Below are positions 38,015-48,938 of a DNA stretch of 64,000 nucleotides, piece by piece. Below the pieces are notes generated by a model. The model saw only the letters and a program-made list of their open reading frames with translations, had not been told where the DNA came from and did no database searches. Position numbers and translations under genes: made by a program. The DNA comes from Ostrea edulis (Eukaryota), in the NCBI RefSeq assembly GCF_947568905.1, contig NC_079164.1, positions 52,948,001-53,012,000 on the forward strand, read 5' to 3'. The stretch's first letter is position 1, and every line of letters begins with the position of its first letter.

Positions 38015-39402
38015 TATGAATAAAAGGTGAAGAAAACGAACAGTGATCAATCTCTTAACTCCTATAAGCAATACAAAATAGATAGTTGGGCAAACACGGA
38101 CCCCTGGACACACTCAGAGGTGGAATCAGGTGGCTAGGAGGAGTAAGCATCCCCTGTCGACCGGTCACACCCGCCGTGAGCCCTATATCCTGATCAGGTA
38201 AACGGAGTTATCCGTAGTCAAAATCAGTGTGCCAAGAACGGTCTAACAATCGGTATGAAACACGTCAGACAGCATATGATCCAATGATAGGTTGTGTTGG
38301 CAAACTAGATCGTTATAACGACCATAGAATTTGCGAAATGCTGACTCTAATCGAGACTGTTGAAACCCCTGTACCATCAGCTTGTTTTTCGGTATCTTGC
38401 CTCGACTTAAAAACTGACCATACGCAGAACAAGTTCTTGCGTATCGAATCAGTTGAGAGATATAAACACCATATGCAGGTGATAATGGAATATTGCTACA
38501 TAAATATGGGAAGTTGACGATGGAGAAGCTGAAATCATCCCGTTTGTCATACAGTTGAGTTGTCAGTTTGCCATGAATGTCTACTTTCAATAAATTATTT
38601 AAGTATGAAGCAGAAGTGGACGACTCTGTGGTGTCTTTTATTTCGAGCTCACGGGGATATATCGAATTGACATATGAATGAAAGTTATTATTGTTAATAC
38701 ACAAAACGTCGTCGATACATCTAAATGTGGAATTGAATGCCATAGCAAGAGATTTTTTTCTTCTCACGTAGAAGTTTTTGAATAAATTCTGCTTCATATG
38801 AATATAAAAACAGGTCAGCTAACAAAGGAGCACAATTCGTGCCCTTGGGAATTTCATCAGACTGTTGGAAGACCTGATCACCAAAGACCACGAAGATATT
38901 GTCAATGAGGAACTCTAGCATATTTTTTATTTCAAATTCATAGTACCTGTGCGTGGAATCAGAGTGGTGATAAAAAAGGTAATTTTTGGATGACTGATCA
39001 CTAGATATGAATATTTCCGTTTTCCATTTTTGTTGAAGAAGCAACTGTCTATCACGTCAAAAAGTCTAGTCTTTATTCATCGTGAGGAATGGTCGTGTAA
39101 AGTGTTGAAAAGTCATAGATTTTGATGTTATTGATTTGGGAAAAGTTTTTCAATTTAAAGTTTACTAAAAGTTCTATAGAATGTTTTAGAATACATGTTT
39201 GATTAACACCACATATGTAGTCGCACAGTAAGTTTGAAGTTTCTCCTTCACAGCTGTTAATATTTTCTTGAGGAGCAAAGGTAAGGGCTTGGTACAGCAC
39301 TTACTGGATCCAGCAATGTATCTTTGTTTGTAAGGTTTTTATGTAGTTTAGGAATCCAGTATAGGTACGGTAACTCATATTCATTTGACCCATTGACTTT
39401 AC
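38015..39402 (-). mobile_element. Penelope-like retroelement, 5'-truncated, RT at C-terminus (Naiad-type)
   Basis: LYWIPKLHK, YDFSTLYTTIPH, IPKGTNCAPLLADLFLYSYE, FRCIDDVL, YDKRDDFSFSIVNFPYLCSNIP; ORF ends after the RT thumb with no C-terminal GIY-YIG. Confidence 0.85.
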
Positions 39403-41525
39403 GACGTAGTCGTTGCACCATTGTAGAGGACGCCTAACTCGGCCACGAGTGTTTCGTTATGAGACATTGTTGGGATGATCTGATTCATATTCCAACTCGT
39501 TTTCAAGTTTGCGAAGAATATCTTCATCACTGAATGATGAATCTTTAATTGAGACTTCTGCTTTTATCTCGTGTTTTCGTTTTGTAGCACTTGCTCTCTC
39601 TTTATTCTAATTCTGTCAACATGAATGATTTGAGATCGATCTCGAGGACCACAATCGACTTCATAGTTCACGTCTGTGAATTTTCTGAAGACTCTGAACG
39701 GCACTTTCCAATAACTTGTAAATTTTGGAGATTGTCTTGGTTTATGTCTTGGGAAGAACACTTATACTTCATCACCAGGTTTGAATTTTTGCCAGTTAAG
39801 ATGAGGTCAATTGGTGTTACCACTTCTCTTCCGAGTATTAAGTAGTCATGACTGCATCCTGTCGTTTCGTGTTCTACTGACCTATATGGCATCATGACAA
39901 ATGGAAGGTACTCATCCCAGTCTTTGTGGTGCTCATTTACATATGAGCTGAGCATGGTAGCAAGTGTTTTGTTGAACTCTACCATACCATCAGACTGAGG
40001 GTGGTAGGGGTTTGTATGTGTTTTCTTGATGTGCAAGAGTTTACACATCTCTGTGAAGAGCTTACTTTCAAACTGAGCTCCCTGGTCAGAATGAAGAGTA
40101 GTGGGTATTCCGAATCGTGTCACTACTTCTGTAACGAATATCTCTGCAACAGTTTTTGCCTCGATATTTGGCATTGCAATGGCTTCGGTCCATTTAGTAA
40201 AATAGTCTGATATCACTAAGATGTATCTATTACCCTTTTCTGTTGTAGGTACATGTAATTCACCAAGGATGTCCATTGCTACTCGTTCCATTGGTAAACC
40301 GGCTCCAACTATTTGTATTGGTGCTCGTTTAGTTTTTGTTGGACACTTGTGATTTGAGCAAACAACACAGCCAGCGAAGTATTGGCGTACATCTTTCTGA
40401 AGCTCGGGCCAGTAGTAAGACTGTCTGATTTTGCTCAGGGTTTTTCTGATGCCTAAATGTCCTGCGGTCTTCTAATCATGACTATACTGGAGGACATTTC
40501 TACGCTGACTCATCGGAATCACTCTGAAGAATGTCTTTATCTTTATTTTTCTCCTGAACAGCATATCATTCTGAATAACTAGCATATCTTTCTGTGCCCA
40601 AAGAGATTTGATCATGACTCCTCCTGAGTTGAGGCCTTTAGACTGAGGTTGTTCTGTGCTCTCCAGCCATCTGCGGATATTACTTATATCCTTGTCATTC
40701 TTCTGAAGTTCACATAATGAGCTGGTATCGTACCGTGAAACACTTTCTTCTACAGACCCTTGCTCAAGGCAGTTGGACTTTCTTCTACAGACCCTTGCTC
40801 AGGGCAGTTGGACTTCAATATCATGAGCTGATGTTTTTCCCACATTTTCAGCCTGGAAAATATGGTCTCAAGATTCTGCATCATTCCGTCGAATGATTTG
40901 GCAATAACAATTATATCATCTAGATATACCAAGCATATTTCCAATTGTAGTCCTTTTAGTATTGTATCAACAAGTCTCTCAAAAGTTGCTGGCGCGTTGC
41001 ATAATCCGAAGGGCATTACTCTGAACTGGAATAGTCCTCTCTTCCTAGCAAACGCTGTTTTGGTCTGTCTGCAACCTCTACCTGCTAATATCCGGAGAAC
41101 ATATCGAGAGTGGAGAATAACCGAGCTCCTGATAAGTGGTCGATAGATTCATCGATCCGGGGTAATGGATACGAATCTTTAATGTTAGCGACATCTAACT
41201 TCCTGTAATCTACACAAAATATTGTGCTTCCATCTTTCTTATTCACTAATACAATGCCAGCTGCCCATGGGCTCGTTGACGGCTCAATTACACCTTGTTC
41301 AAGCATCTCGTCTATGTGTGTCATATGTCATATGGACAGGTATCCTGCGAAGTGGCTCTTTGACTGGTGTAGACTTTCCAGTGTTTATCATATGTGTCGT
41401 GTTCGTCAAGCAGACGCCATAATAACCGGAACTCAAACTGCTTTATTCTACTTTTAGAACCAACAACATAAACAATATAAATCCGGATAACAGTCGACTG
41501 ACTGTCGAATACACAATACATGACA

Positions 41526-41536
41526 TCCTCTCTTTT
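41526..41536 (-). other. Polypurine tract AAAAGAGAGGA
   Basis: Abuts the 3' LTR. Confidence 0.85.
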
Positions 41537-41692
41537 CAAATTCAAAGAAATCAAGTAAACTCAATGCAAGTAATGAAAAAGTTCTGAATCAATAAGTCAC
41601 TTAACACATACAAGAAAGCTGCAAATGAACTACATGACATTTAAGAATGTCCATGACAATTATGCCCGTTTCACAAGAAATGATAATTCACA

Positions 41693-44600
41693 TTAAACTG
41701 TCTGCATAACATAGTCTGCGTATTTGCCAGGAGCTTTGATAGTACGTCCCGATCGCGTTTTGTTCAGTTCTTTCGGTGGAGTTGGAAACGATAGAGTTTG
41801 TTTTGGACGGGTACATCGAGCTTGTTCGGTTTCGCGGTCACAGTTCGGATGTTCACTAGCATTGTCGCTGTTCGGACGAGTAGTTCCTGGAATCTGTTGA
41901 GAAACACTGTCGGGAAGCTGAAAGTCAAATCCTTCGACTTCGGATGTTTCTTTAATCGATTTTGTTTGTTTCATACTGCTTCGGTTGCGACGGTATTGCT
42001 TTCCTTCACATGACACGATAAACGATTTCGGTTGGTGATGTTTTGACTCGATGTTGGCATGTTTCCACGAATTTTGTACTTTCAACATTACACGGTCTCC
42101 TGCTTGCAGATCTGGTAGGTTCTTGGTTGCATTCCTGTCGTGAAATCTTTTAAAGTTTAGCTGTCTAGATTTCAATTTCTCATGAGTGTCATTGTTCATG
42201 GAACGCAAAAGTTTTGCCGTTGTCGGTAATTTTGTTTTCAGACGACGTCCTAGAAACATCTGTGCTGGTGATTTTCCTAGTCCTTGAATTTCCGTGTTAC
42301 GGTAATCCATTAGTGCTATGTACGGATCTTTGTTTTTCTTGAGAATCCGTTTGACGGTTTGTACCATCCTCTCCGCTTGTCCATTTGATTTTGGATACAA
42401 CGGACTTGATGTGGTGTGGGTGAATCCATATTCCTTTGTGAAATCCTTGAACTCCTTGCTTGTATACTGCGGACCATTGTCGGATACTAGTTCATCCGGG
42501 ATTCCATATTTTGAATACATGCTTTTGAGCGAGTTCACAACTTGACATGATGACAAGTCCTTTAGAATCTTGATCTCCGGCCACTTAGAGTAGTAATCGA
42601 CCGCAATTATGTAATGATTTTGCTGGTATGCAAATATGTCGGACGCGATCTTGGACCATGGACGGTCCGGCAACTCTGTACATATCATTGGTTCCTTAGG
42701 ATTTGAATTCTGTACTTCTGCACAAATATGACACTTTGAAACTTTGTCCTCAATCTGTGCTGCCATACCTGGCCAGTACATACACTCTCGCGCTCGGCTC
42801 TTGCATTTCACTATTCCGAGATGTGATTCATGCACTAAGTCCAACATTTTCTGTTGCATCGACTTCGGAATCAAGAGTTTACTGCCTTTGAACAGTAGTC
42901 CATCCACATGTGATATCTCATCACGAAATGACCAATACGGAATAAGAGTCGATTGCAAGTTTTGCTTGGCTTCAGGCCAGCCTGACAATACTGTGTGTAG
43001 AAGCTGTTGCAAAGTAGAATCACGTAGTGTTTCTTGTTGAAATTCGGTATAGCGGTCTTTCGACATTGGTAGATGTTGGTTAAGCGTGATGCTATTGACA
43101 TCAACTTCGGGTACCAGTTCTTCTGTAGTTTCATCTAGGTAGTGGCGACTCAAAGCATCAGCGATAAACATGAGTTTCCCAGGTTTGTATTCTATCTTTA
43201 AGTCATATTTCTGGACTGCAAGAAGTAGTCTTTGTAAACGCATAGGAGCTGCTAAGAGCGGTTTACGAAATATTGACTCCAATGGTTTATGATCTGATTC
43301 CACAGTTATCTGTCTTCCATAGATGTAATGGTGAAACTTATGACATCCAAATACCACTGCTAAGGCTTCCTTTTCTATTTGTGCGTAGTTCCTTTGGGCC
43401 GCTGTGAGTGCTCTTGAGGCGTACGCGATGGGTCTACCCTGCTGTAAGATAGTAGCACCAAGTCCTTTAGAACTAGCGTCCACAGAGAGCGTCAATGGTT
43501 GTTTTGGGTCATAGTATGCCAAAACTGGAGCTTCTATAATCATTGCCTTAATGGTTTTGAAACTGACTTCCTGTTCCTTGTTCCAGTTCCATTCAGATCC
43601 TGCTGCTGTTTCAGTCAACTTCCGTAGTGGAGCACTGACATCTGATAGTCTCGGAAGAAATTTTCCAAGGTACTGAACAAGTCCTAAGAATGTTAATAGT
43701 TCCTGTCGATTTTCTGGTTTCTGCATCATGGAGATGGCACGGACTTTTTCTGGATCCGGTTTTACTCCTTTCTGGGTGAGTACTTGTCCTACATACTTCA
43801 CTTCAGTTTTTCGTACCTCACACTTTTGTTTGCTGAGTTTCAGGTTGTACTCTTTAGCGCGTTGCAACACTCTGCGTAAACGCTGATCGTGCTCTTCAAT
43901 CGAAGATCCCCATACTAAAATATCATCAATGATGACTTCCGCACCGGAAATATCTTCCAGCATTTGTGACATGATTTTCTGGAATACCTCGGACGCTGAC
44001 TTAATACCAAAGGGCATCCGCTTAAATCGGAAACGTCCAAATGGTGAGTTGAATGTACAAAGTCTGGAACTTTGCTCATCTAGTTGGATTTGCCAAAAAC
44101 CACTTACGGCATCCAGCTTTGTGAAGTACTTTGCTTGAGACATGTTCTCGATCACATCCTCAACGGTTTTCAACGGGAAGTGTTCACGCTGTATGGCATT
44201 GTTTAGATCTCGAGGGTCAATACAGATTCGAATTTTGGATCCTTTGTTCACAACTGTCATGCTGTTTACCCATGGTGTAGGTTCTGTTTGACGTTCGATA
44301 ACTCCCAGTTCTTCCATTCTCTGGAGTTCTTCGTACACTTTGTCCTTCAGCGAAATCGGTACCTTGCGAGGTGGGTGTATAGTAGGCGTAACCGATGGAT
44401 CTAACTTAATGGAATACTTCCCGGGTAGGCATCCCAATCCTTCAAATAGTTCTGCATATTGAGGTTCACTCAAAATGTCACTTCCTGTGGTCTGAAGGTT
44501 GTCCTTGACGATTTCAGTTTTCGACGAAATAGCGTTCATCGGTCTCACCAAGTCCAGTTTGTGACAAGCATCTGCTCCCAAGATGTTTGGCGCATTTCTG

Positions 44601-45766
44601 TCGACTATGTAGAATTTCATAGAATGAGTTTGACCATTGCATTTCAGTGGAATGGTGAGCATACCATCAGCTGTGATTTTGTGTCCTGAATATGATTTCA
44701 GTAACGCCTCCGCTTTCTCCAGTGCTGTTGTGATTTTAAGCCTTCGATAAGTGTCTCTGGTAATCACGTTACACTTTGCACCTGTGTCCATGAGAAACTG
44801 TACATCTGTGTCTCCTACTCTCAATGACGTAGTCCAATTTTCTATCGTGTTGATATCAGCATCAATCATTCCCATGAAAAAATAATTTCCATCATCTAAG
44901 TCATTGTCATCAGAATCAGTTTCTTGAATCATATTCACTGGACGATTCTTTTGTCTCCTTGATTGCTTTCCATAATATTTCCCACGCGAATTTCCTCTGA
45001 AAGCACCTGGTTCACTTCGCTTTGTTTTCACACTAGATTCACATACTCGCGCAAAATGGTTTCTCTTACCACAACTAGAACATGTTTTCCCAATTGCGAC
45101 ACACCTTTCTCCGGCTTCGTGTTTCCTATTTCCACACTGTCTGCATTTCGGAAAATCTGACTGCTTTCCTTTGTAGTTTGTTGTGATACGGTTCACTTCG
45201 TTTCCTACGAGGTCGCCTTTACTGTCCTCACTCATAGTTTTCAGTTGAGCTCTAGAGAGTTCATATAAATTCGCTATGTCTATTGCTTGATTTAATGACA
45301 AATCACTTCCGGTAGTAATCAGTTTTTCTCTAATTTTCGCTGAACGCACTCCGAACACTATCCTATCTCTCAGCATTTCTTCTGAATTAGCGTAACCACA
45401 GTCCTTAACTAGAACTTTCAATGCTGTTAAGAATTCCTCACATGTTTCATTTTCTTGCTGTGTCCTACAGTTGAATTTGTAGCGTGAGAATATTTTGTTA
45501 CTTTTCGGTTGAAAGTAGGCCTGGAATTTTGTGTAGTACGTTTCTAATTTCTTTCGTTCCTCATTAGTAATGTGCCAAGTGCTGTAGATATCCCTACCTT
45601 TTTCGCCAACCCAGATCATGAGGTAACTGCATTTTTCTTCCTCTGTTTTATCTTTCAGTGGTCCATTGAACATAAATTCCGTGTGTGCTTTGAATTTTTT
45701 CCATGTTCCCGGCAGGTCACCACTTTCCCAGTCCACCTTTGGCGTAGCACCAGTAAGAGACTCCAT
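41693..45766 (-). CDS. Gag-Pol polyprotein (Gag with two Cys/His knuckles, protease, RT, RNase H, integrase)
   Basis: CRQCGNRKH..C and CSSCGKRNHFARVC; FLMDTGA; RMPFGI..VIIDDIL; SVDASSKGLG/EKEALA/SDHKPL; HESH..C..C, SDIF..SDNGP..ERMV. Confidence 0.97.
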   Translation of the reverse strand: MESLTGATPKVDWESGDLPGTWKKFKAHTEFMFNGPLKDKTEEEKCSYLMIWVGEKGRDIYSTWHITNEERKKLETYYTKFQAYFQPKSNKIFSRYKFNCRTQQENETCEEFLTALKVLVKDCGYANSEEMLRDRIVFGVRSAKIREKLITTGSDLSLNQAIDIANLYELSRAQLKTMSEDSKGDLVGNEVNRITTNYKGKQSDFPKCRQCGNRKHEAGERCVAIGKTCSSCGKRNHFARVCESSVKTKRSEPGAFRGNSRGKYYGKQSRRQKNRPVNMIQETDSDDNDLDDGNYFFMGMIDADINTIENWTTSLRVGDTDVQFLMDTGAKCNVITRDTYRRLKITTALEKAEALLKSYSGHKITADGMLTIPLKCNGQTHSMKFYIVDRNAPNILGADACHKLDLVRPMNAISSKTEIVKDNLQTTGSDILSEPQYAELFEGLGCLPGKYSIKLDPSVTPTIHPPRKVPISLKDKVYEELQRMEELGVIERQTEPTPWVNSMTVVNKGSKIRICIDPRDLNNAIQREHFPLKTVEDVIENMSQAKYFTKLDAVSGFWQIQLDEQSSRLCTFNSPFGRFRFKRMPFGIKSASEVFQKIMSQMLEDISGAEVIIDDILVWGSSIEEHDQRLRRVLQRAKEYNLKLSKQKCEVRKTEVKYVGQVLTQKGVKPDPEKVRAISMMQKPENRQELLTFLGLVQYLGKFLPRLSDVSAPLRKLTETAAGSEWNWNKEQEVSFKTIKAMIIEAPVLAYYDPKQPLTLSVDASSKGLGATILQQGRPIAYASRALTAAQRNYAQIEKEALAVVFGCHKFHHYIYGRQITVESDHKPLESIFRKPLLAAPMRLQRLLLAVQKYDLKIEYKPGKLMFIADALSRHYLDETTEELVPEVDVNSITLNQHLPMSKDRYTEFQQETLRDSTLQQLLHTVLSGWPEAKQNLQSTLIPYWSFRDEISHVDGLLFKGSKLLIPKSMQQKMLDLVHESHLGIVKCKSRARECMYWPGMAAQIEDKVSKCHICAEVQNSNPKEPMICTELPDRPWSKIASDIFAYQQNHYIIAVDYYSKWPEIKILKDLSSCQVVNSLKSMYSKYGIPDELVSDNGPQYTSKEFKDFTKEYGFTHTTSSPLYPKSNGQAERMVQTVKRILKKNKDPYIALMDYRNTEIQGLGKSPAQMFLGRRLKTKLPTTAKLLRSMNNDTHEKLKSRQLNFKRFHDRNATKNLPDLQAGDRVMLKVQNSWKHANIESKHHQPKSFIVSCEGKQYRRNRSSMKQTKSIKETSEVEGFDFQLPDSVSQQIPGTTRPNSDNASEHPNCDRETEQARCTRPKQTLSFPTPPKELNKTRSGRTIKAPGKYADYVMQTV

Positions 45767-45848
45767 CTGTTTTCTTTGAGTGTTTATGTCAAAGAATATT
45801 CACGAAATAACTTTCGATGGCTTATCGTAGACGTGATTTTTTTTCACA

Positions 45849-45859
45849 TTCTGACACCA
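45849..45859 (-). other. Primer-binding site TGGTGTCAGAA (complementary to a tRNA-Leu 3' end)
   Basis: Directly adjacent to the 5' LTR; matches the ...TTCTGACA-CCA end of animal tRNA-Leu(CAA/CAG). Confidence 0.85.
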
Positions 45860-46528
45860 TGTCGTGTTCGTCAAGCAGACGCCATAATAACCGGAACTCA
45901 AACTGCTTTATTCTACTTTTAGAACCAACAACATAAACAATATAAATCCGGATAACAGTCGACTGACTGTCGAATACACAATACATGACATATGCTTGAT
46001 CATATATGTTTTGCCGGAGTCCTTTCTGTCAGTAGCAAAAAGAGTAGAATGTTTTAATAACATCTCTCTCAATTTACGTTTTTCCTCTGAGCTTAAATTA
46101 TTGCTTGATCTTTTAAACAAATCACCCAGAGCTTGAGTGAGCTTGCTGTTTGTAGGACTAATCATTTCTGTGTTTTCAATGATATCTCCAACTGGGGTCA
46201 AAGTTGCAATGGCTGTTCCTTTATGAAGAACTTTAGAATCTGATGAGAGGTTCATGATTCTAAATGGAGTTTATCATCTTTTCCAACAAGTCCAATTGTC
46301 GGTTTTAATAAAGGTCTCATCTGGTTCAATCAAATCCAAATCCTTTTGGTCCTATCTCATTTTCTTTCAGAAAAACTTCTCCAAATGTAATAATCTCACT
46401 TCTTGGTGGAACGCTCAATGTATTGGCTAGAGAAATCCTATAGCATCCAATTTTGCCTTCAGAGAGCAATGGAACTTCGTCTTCTCCGACCCAGATCTTC
46501 TTGCGGTAAATATCAATAGTGCATCTAT

Positions 46529-46800
46529 CGCCGCGGTGGCCGAGAGGTTAGAGCGTTCGCCCCGCATGCGGAAGGCCGGGGTTCGAATCCCGGCCGCGAC
46601 AGACCTAAGTCGTTAAAACAAGTAGTGACAGTTCCATCGCCAAACGCTCGGCATCAGGTGTGGATGTCACGGGTCCTCGGAGATGACCTTAAAAACGGAT
46701 GACCCGTGTTACAGTAGGTGTGGCACGCTAAAGAACCCTCACTACTCAACGGCCGTAAGCGCCGAGCATAAGCCTAAATTTGAAACCCTTCACCGGTCTC

Positions 46801-46834
<34 letters not shown>

Positions 46835-46860
46835 CGAGACGTTAAGCAAGATACAATCAA
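46529..46860 (+). mobile_element. Full-length tRNA-derived SINE inserted in the outer Gypsy pol region
   Basis: A box gtggccgagaggtt, B box ggttcgaatccc, caatcaa tail; TCTAT duplicated at 46524-28 and 46861-65; removal restores DFMINNRCTIDIY. Confidence 0.92.
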
Positions 46861-47593
46861 TCTATTGTTGATCATAAAGTCAAGTTCTAGCACACCATGT
46901 ACAGATAAATCTGCTAGTGCTGCGTATTTTCATATACTTGGCTATTTAGTTTAAACTTTAACTGTGTCTTGCCAAAAACTTTAATTGACTCACCATTAGC
47001 AGAAAGGATTTCTCTATTGAGATCTTGAAGCTCTTCTACATGACCCGAAATCCTTTCAAACACTTCTTTGGGAATCAAGGAAACTGTGGCACCAGTATCC
47101 ACAAACATTTTTTGCTAATGCACTATGTATTGAAGCTTTTACATAAAATCTTGGATCATTGTTTCTGCTTTCTATTCCCACTCGGGCAGCTCTCTTCTTC
47201 TTGTGATTCTTCGATATAAATTGTTTTGACGATTGTGGATGCTCCTCTGATTTTTTTCCAGATTCTTTAAAGTCTTTCATATCATTCATATCTCTTTTTG
47301 GGGTTCTGCAGTCTCTTTTTTCCCCACAGTTATGGCAAGTAGCTCGTTTCTTCCAGTCATCTAAATTTTCAGTTCAGTTTTTGGTTTATTGTCTCTCTGT
47401 AATCGAGACTGGTTTTATTTAACTGCTTTATTTCTTGTCTCATGTCCATCTTAAGAACTCCCATATTCTCGACAGGTTTTGTAAGCTCAGAAAGTTCGTT
47501 GGTCTTTTCGGTATTGCCAATTGGTCTGAAATAGCCTTTCTTTTCTGTGTCTTTCCTTTCTGCTTTTGCATATGCTTCAAGCTCTACAGCATG

Positions 47594-47823
47594 AAAGGCG
47601 AAGATAACGAACAGTGATCAATCTCATAACTCCCACAAACAACACAAATTAGATAGTTGGGCAAACACGGACCCCTGGACACACCAGAGGTGGGATCAGG
47701 TACCTAGGAGGAGTAAGCATCCCCTGTCGACCGGTCACACCCGCCGTGAGCCCTATATCCTGATCAGGTAAACAGAGTTATCCGTAGTCAAAATCAGTGC
47801 CAAGAACGGCCTAACAATCGACA
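47594..47823 (-). mobile_element. Penelope-like (Naiad-type) 3' fragment inserted in the outer gag
   Basis: Near-identical to 38020-38260; AGCATG duplicated at 47588-93 and 47824-29; removal restores TIRHAVELEAY. Confidence 0.9.
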
Positions 47824-48915
47824 AGCATGTCTTATCGTTTCGTTTTAGTTCCCCGGTCTTGCTTGTTTGATTCTGAGTCTCATATCTGAGTTACTAAGGG
47901 CATCTAAAAATTGCTCCTCAGCAAGAGTTTCTCTTACATCATATGGTGTTGTAGGGTATGCTAGATTTGTCAGTCTTCTGATGCTTTGTCCAAGTTCTGG
48001 CAGAGATTCAGTAGCTTTCTTTGTACGTTCACGAAGCTGTGCTCGATACAGTTCAGTTTGGTTTGGGGGAGCAAATCGTTCGTTGAGTGCTCTGACTAGC
48101 TCATCATAATTGTTCAATGCTTCTCCAGATAAATTACCAAGGACCCCTTGCGCCTGACCTCTAAGTGACATAGCGAGATATAATCCCTTTTCAAGTTTGC
48201 TCCGTTTCCCCAACATTGCACATGCATCAAAGTGTAATGCATAGTCTTGTCATAAGCTCGAGGCGTCGTAAGAGGCGGGTTTTATATTTGGTCTTCCGCC
48301 TCCAGATGCTGATCTTTGCTTGTAAAACTGAACTGCTCGTTCTGGATGATTTACGGGATATTCTTCAGTAGTCATCATCTGCTCACTTGGTGTCCTTTTG
48401 TCTCCAGTGTTCTGTTCTTTCGTTTGCCTCCGATATGTAATACCGGTCTTCTGCTTAGGTTCTTGTATGACATACGGGCTCAGATCGTACTGATCGGCAA
48501 TATCTTTATAGTCTTTTCCCGTCAGTTTTGTCTCCCCCCCCCCCAGAAAATGTACTCTCTTGACCTCCGTCAGTCGAGTAGGCTGGAAATTTAGTTTCAT
48601 CTGCTCTAGAATTTGATAGTCTCTTCGTCTAAAATCCAGAGTCAGTTGAAGTTCTTGAACCTCTTGCTTTTGGTGTAGGGTGTTCAAGACGCGCCTGCTT
48701 CAGAATTTCATTCTCGAGCTCAAAACGAGCTGAGTCTCCAGATCAGCAATAGTTTTCTCATATGCAGCCCATATCATCCATACTAAACTTTCTGCAGTCT
48801 CAAAATTTACAATAGGCTCAAAACACTCTTTTGTCTCAGATCGGTTCACTGTCTCAAAATCTCTGTGTTACTCAACAGGTCTCAATTTTGTTTTTATCTC
48901 AATATCCGATTATTT

Positions 48916-48933
48916 ATCCCACCGCTGCCACCA
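48916..48933 (-). other. Primer-binding site of the outer Gypsy (tRNA-Leu)
   Basis: Plus strand ATCCCACCGCTGCCACCA equals the 18-nt 3' end of animal tRNA-Leu(AAG); TGTGAC (LTR end) lies 5 nt away. Confidence 0.85.
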
Positions 48934-48938
48934 TTAAA

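Larger units (their letters stand above)
41395..45990 (-). mobile_element. Intact Mag-clade (Steamer-like) Ty3/Gypsy LTR retrotransposon, 4596 bp
   Basis: Identical 131-bp LTRs (41395-41525, 45860-45990; TG..CA), 4-bp TSD TATG, PBS, PPT and one uninterrupted 1357-aa ORF. Confidence 0.97.
36729..48938 (-). mobile_element. Decayed Ty3/Gypsy LTR retrotransposon (host of nested insertions), internal region
   Basis: gag (47845-48216), protease FVDTGA (46914-47108), RT with QFRVMPFGLCNAP/YLDD (40750-41324), integrase MDILG..SDQG (39668-40291), pol end RVRRPLQWCNDYV near 39410; frameshifts and stops; RNase H not seen. Confidence 0.92.

Noticed and set aside
38020-38240. SECIS element in the Naiad-type 3' UTR
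   Set aside because: A GTGA..CTGA pair exists, but I could not place the apical AA motif or a convincing helix, and found no conserved in-frame UGA in the visible RT fragment; needs SECISearch.
41798-45160. Short ORFs antisense or out of frame to the Gag-Pol ORF
   Set aside because: Shadow ORFs of a long coding region; no independent motifs.
46529-46600. tRNA gene (also at 49095-49180 and 18910-18980)
   Set aside because: A and B boxes are present, but they continue into SINE bodies with tails and TSDs and no full acceptor stem is evident.
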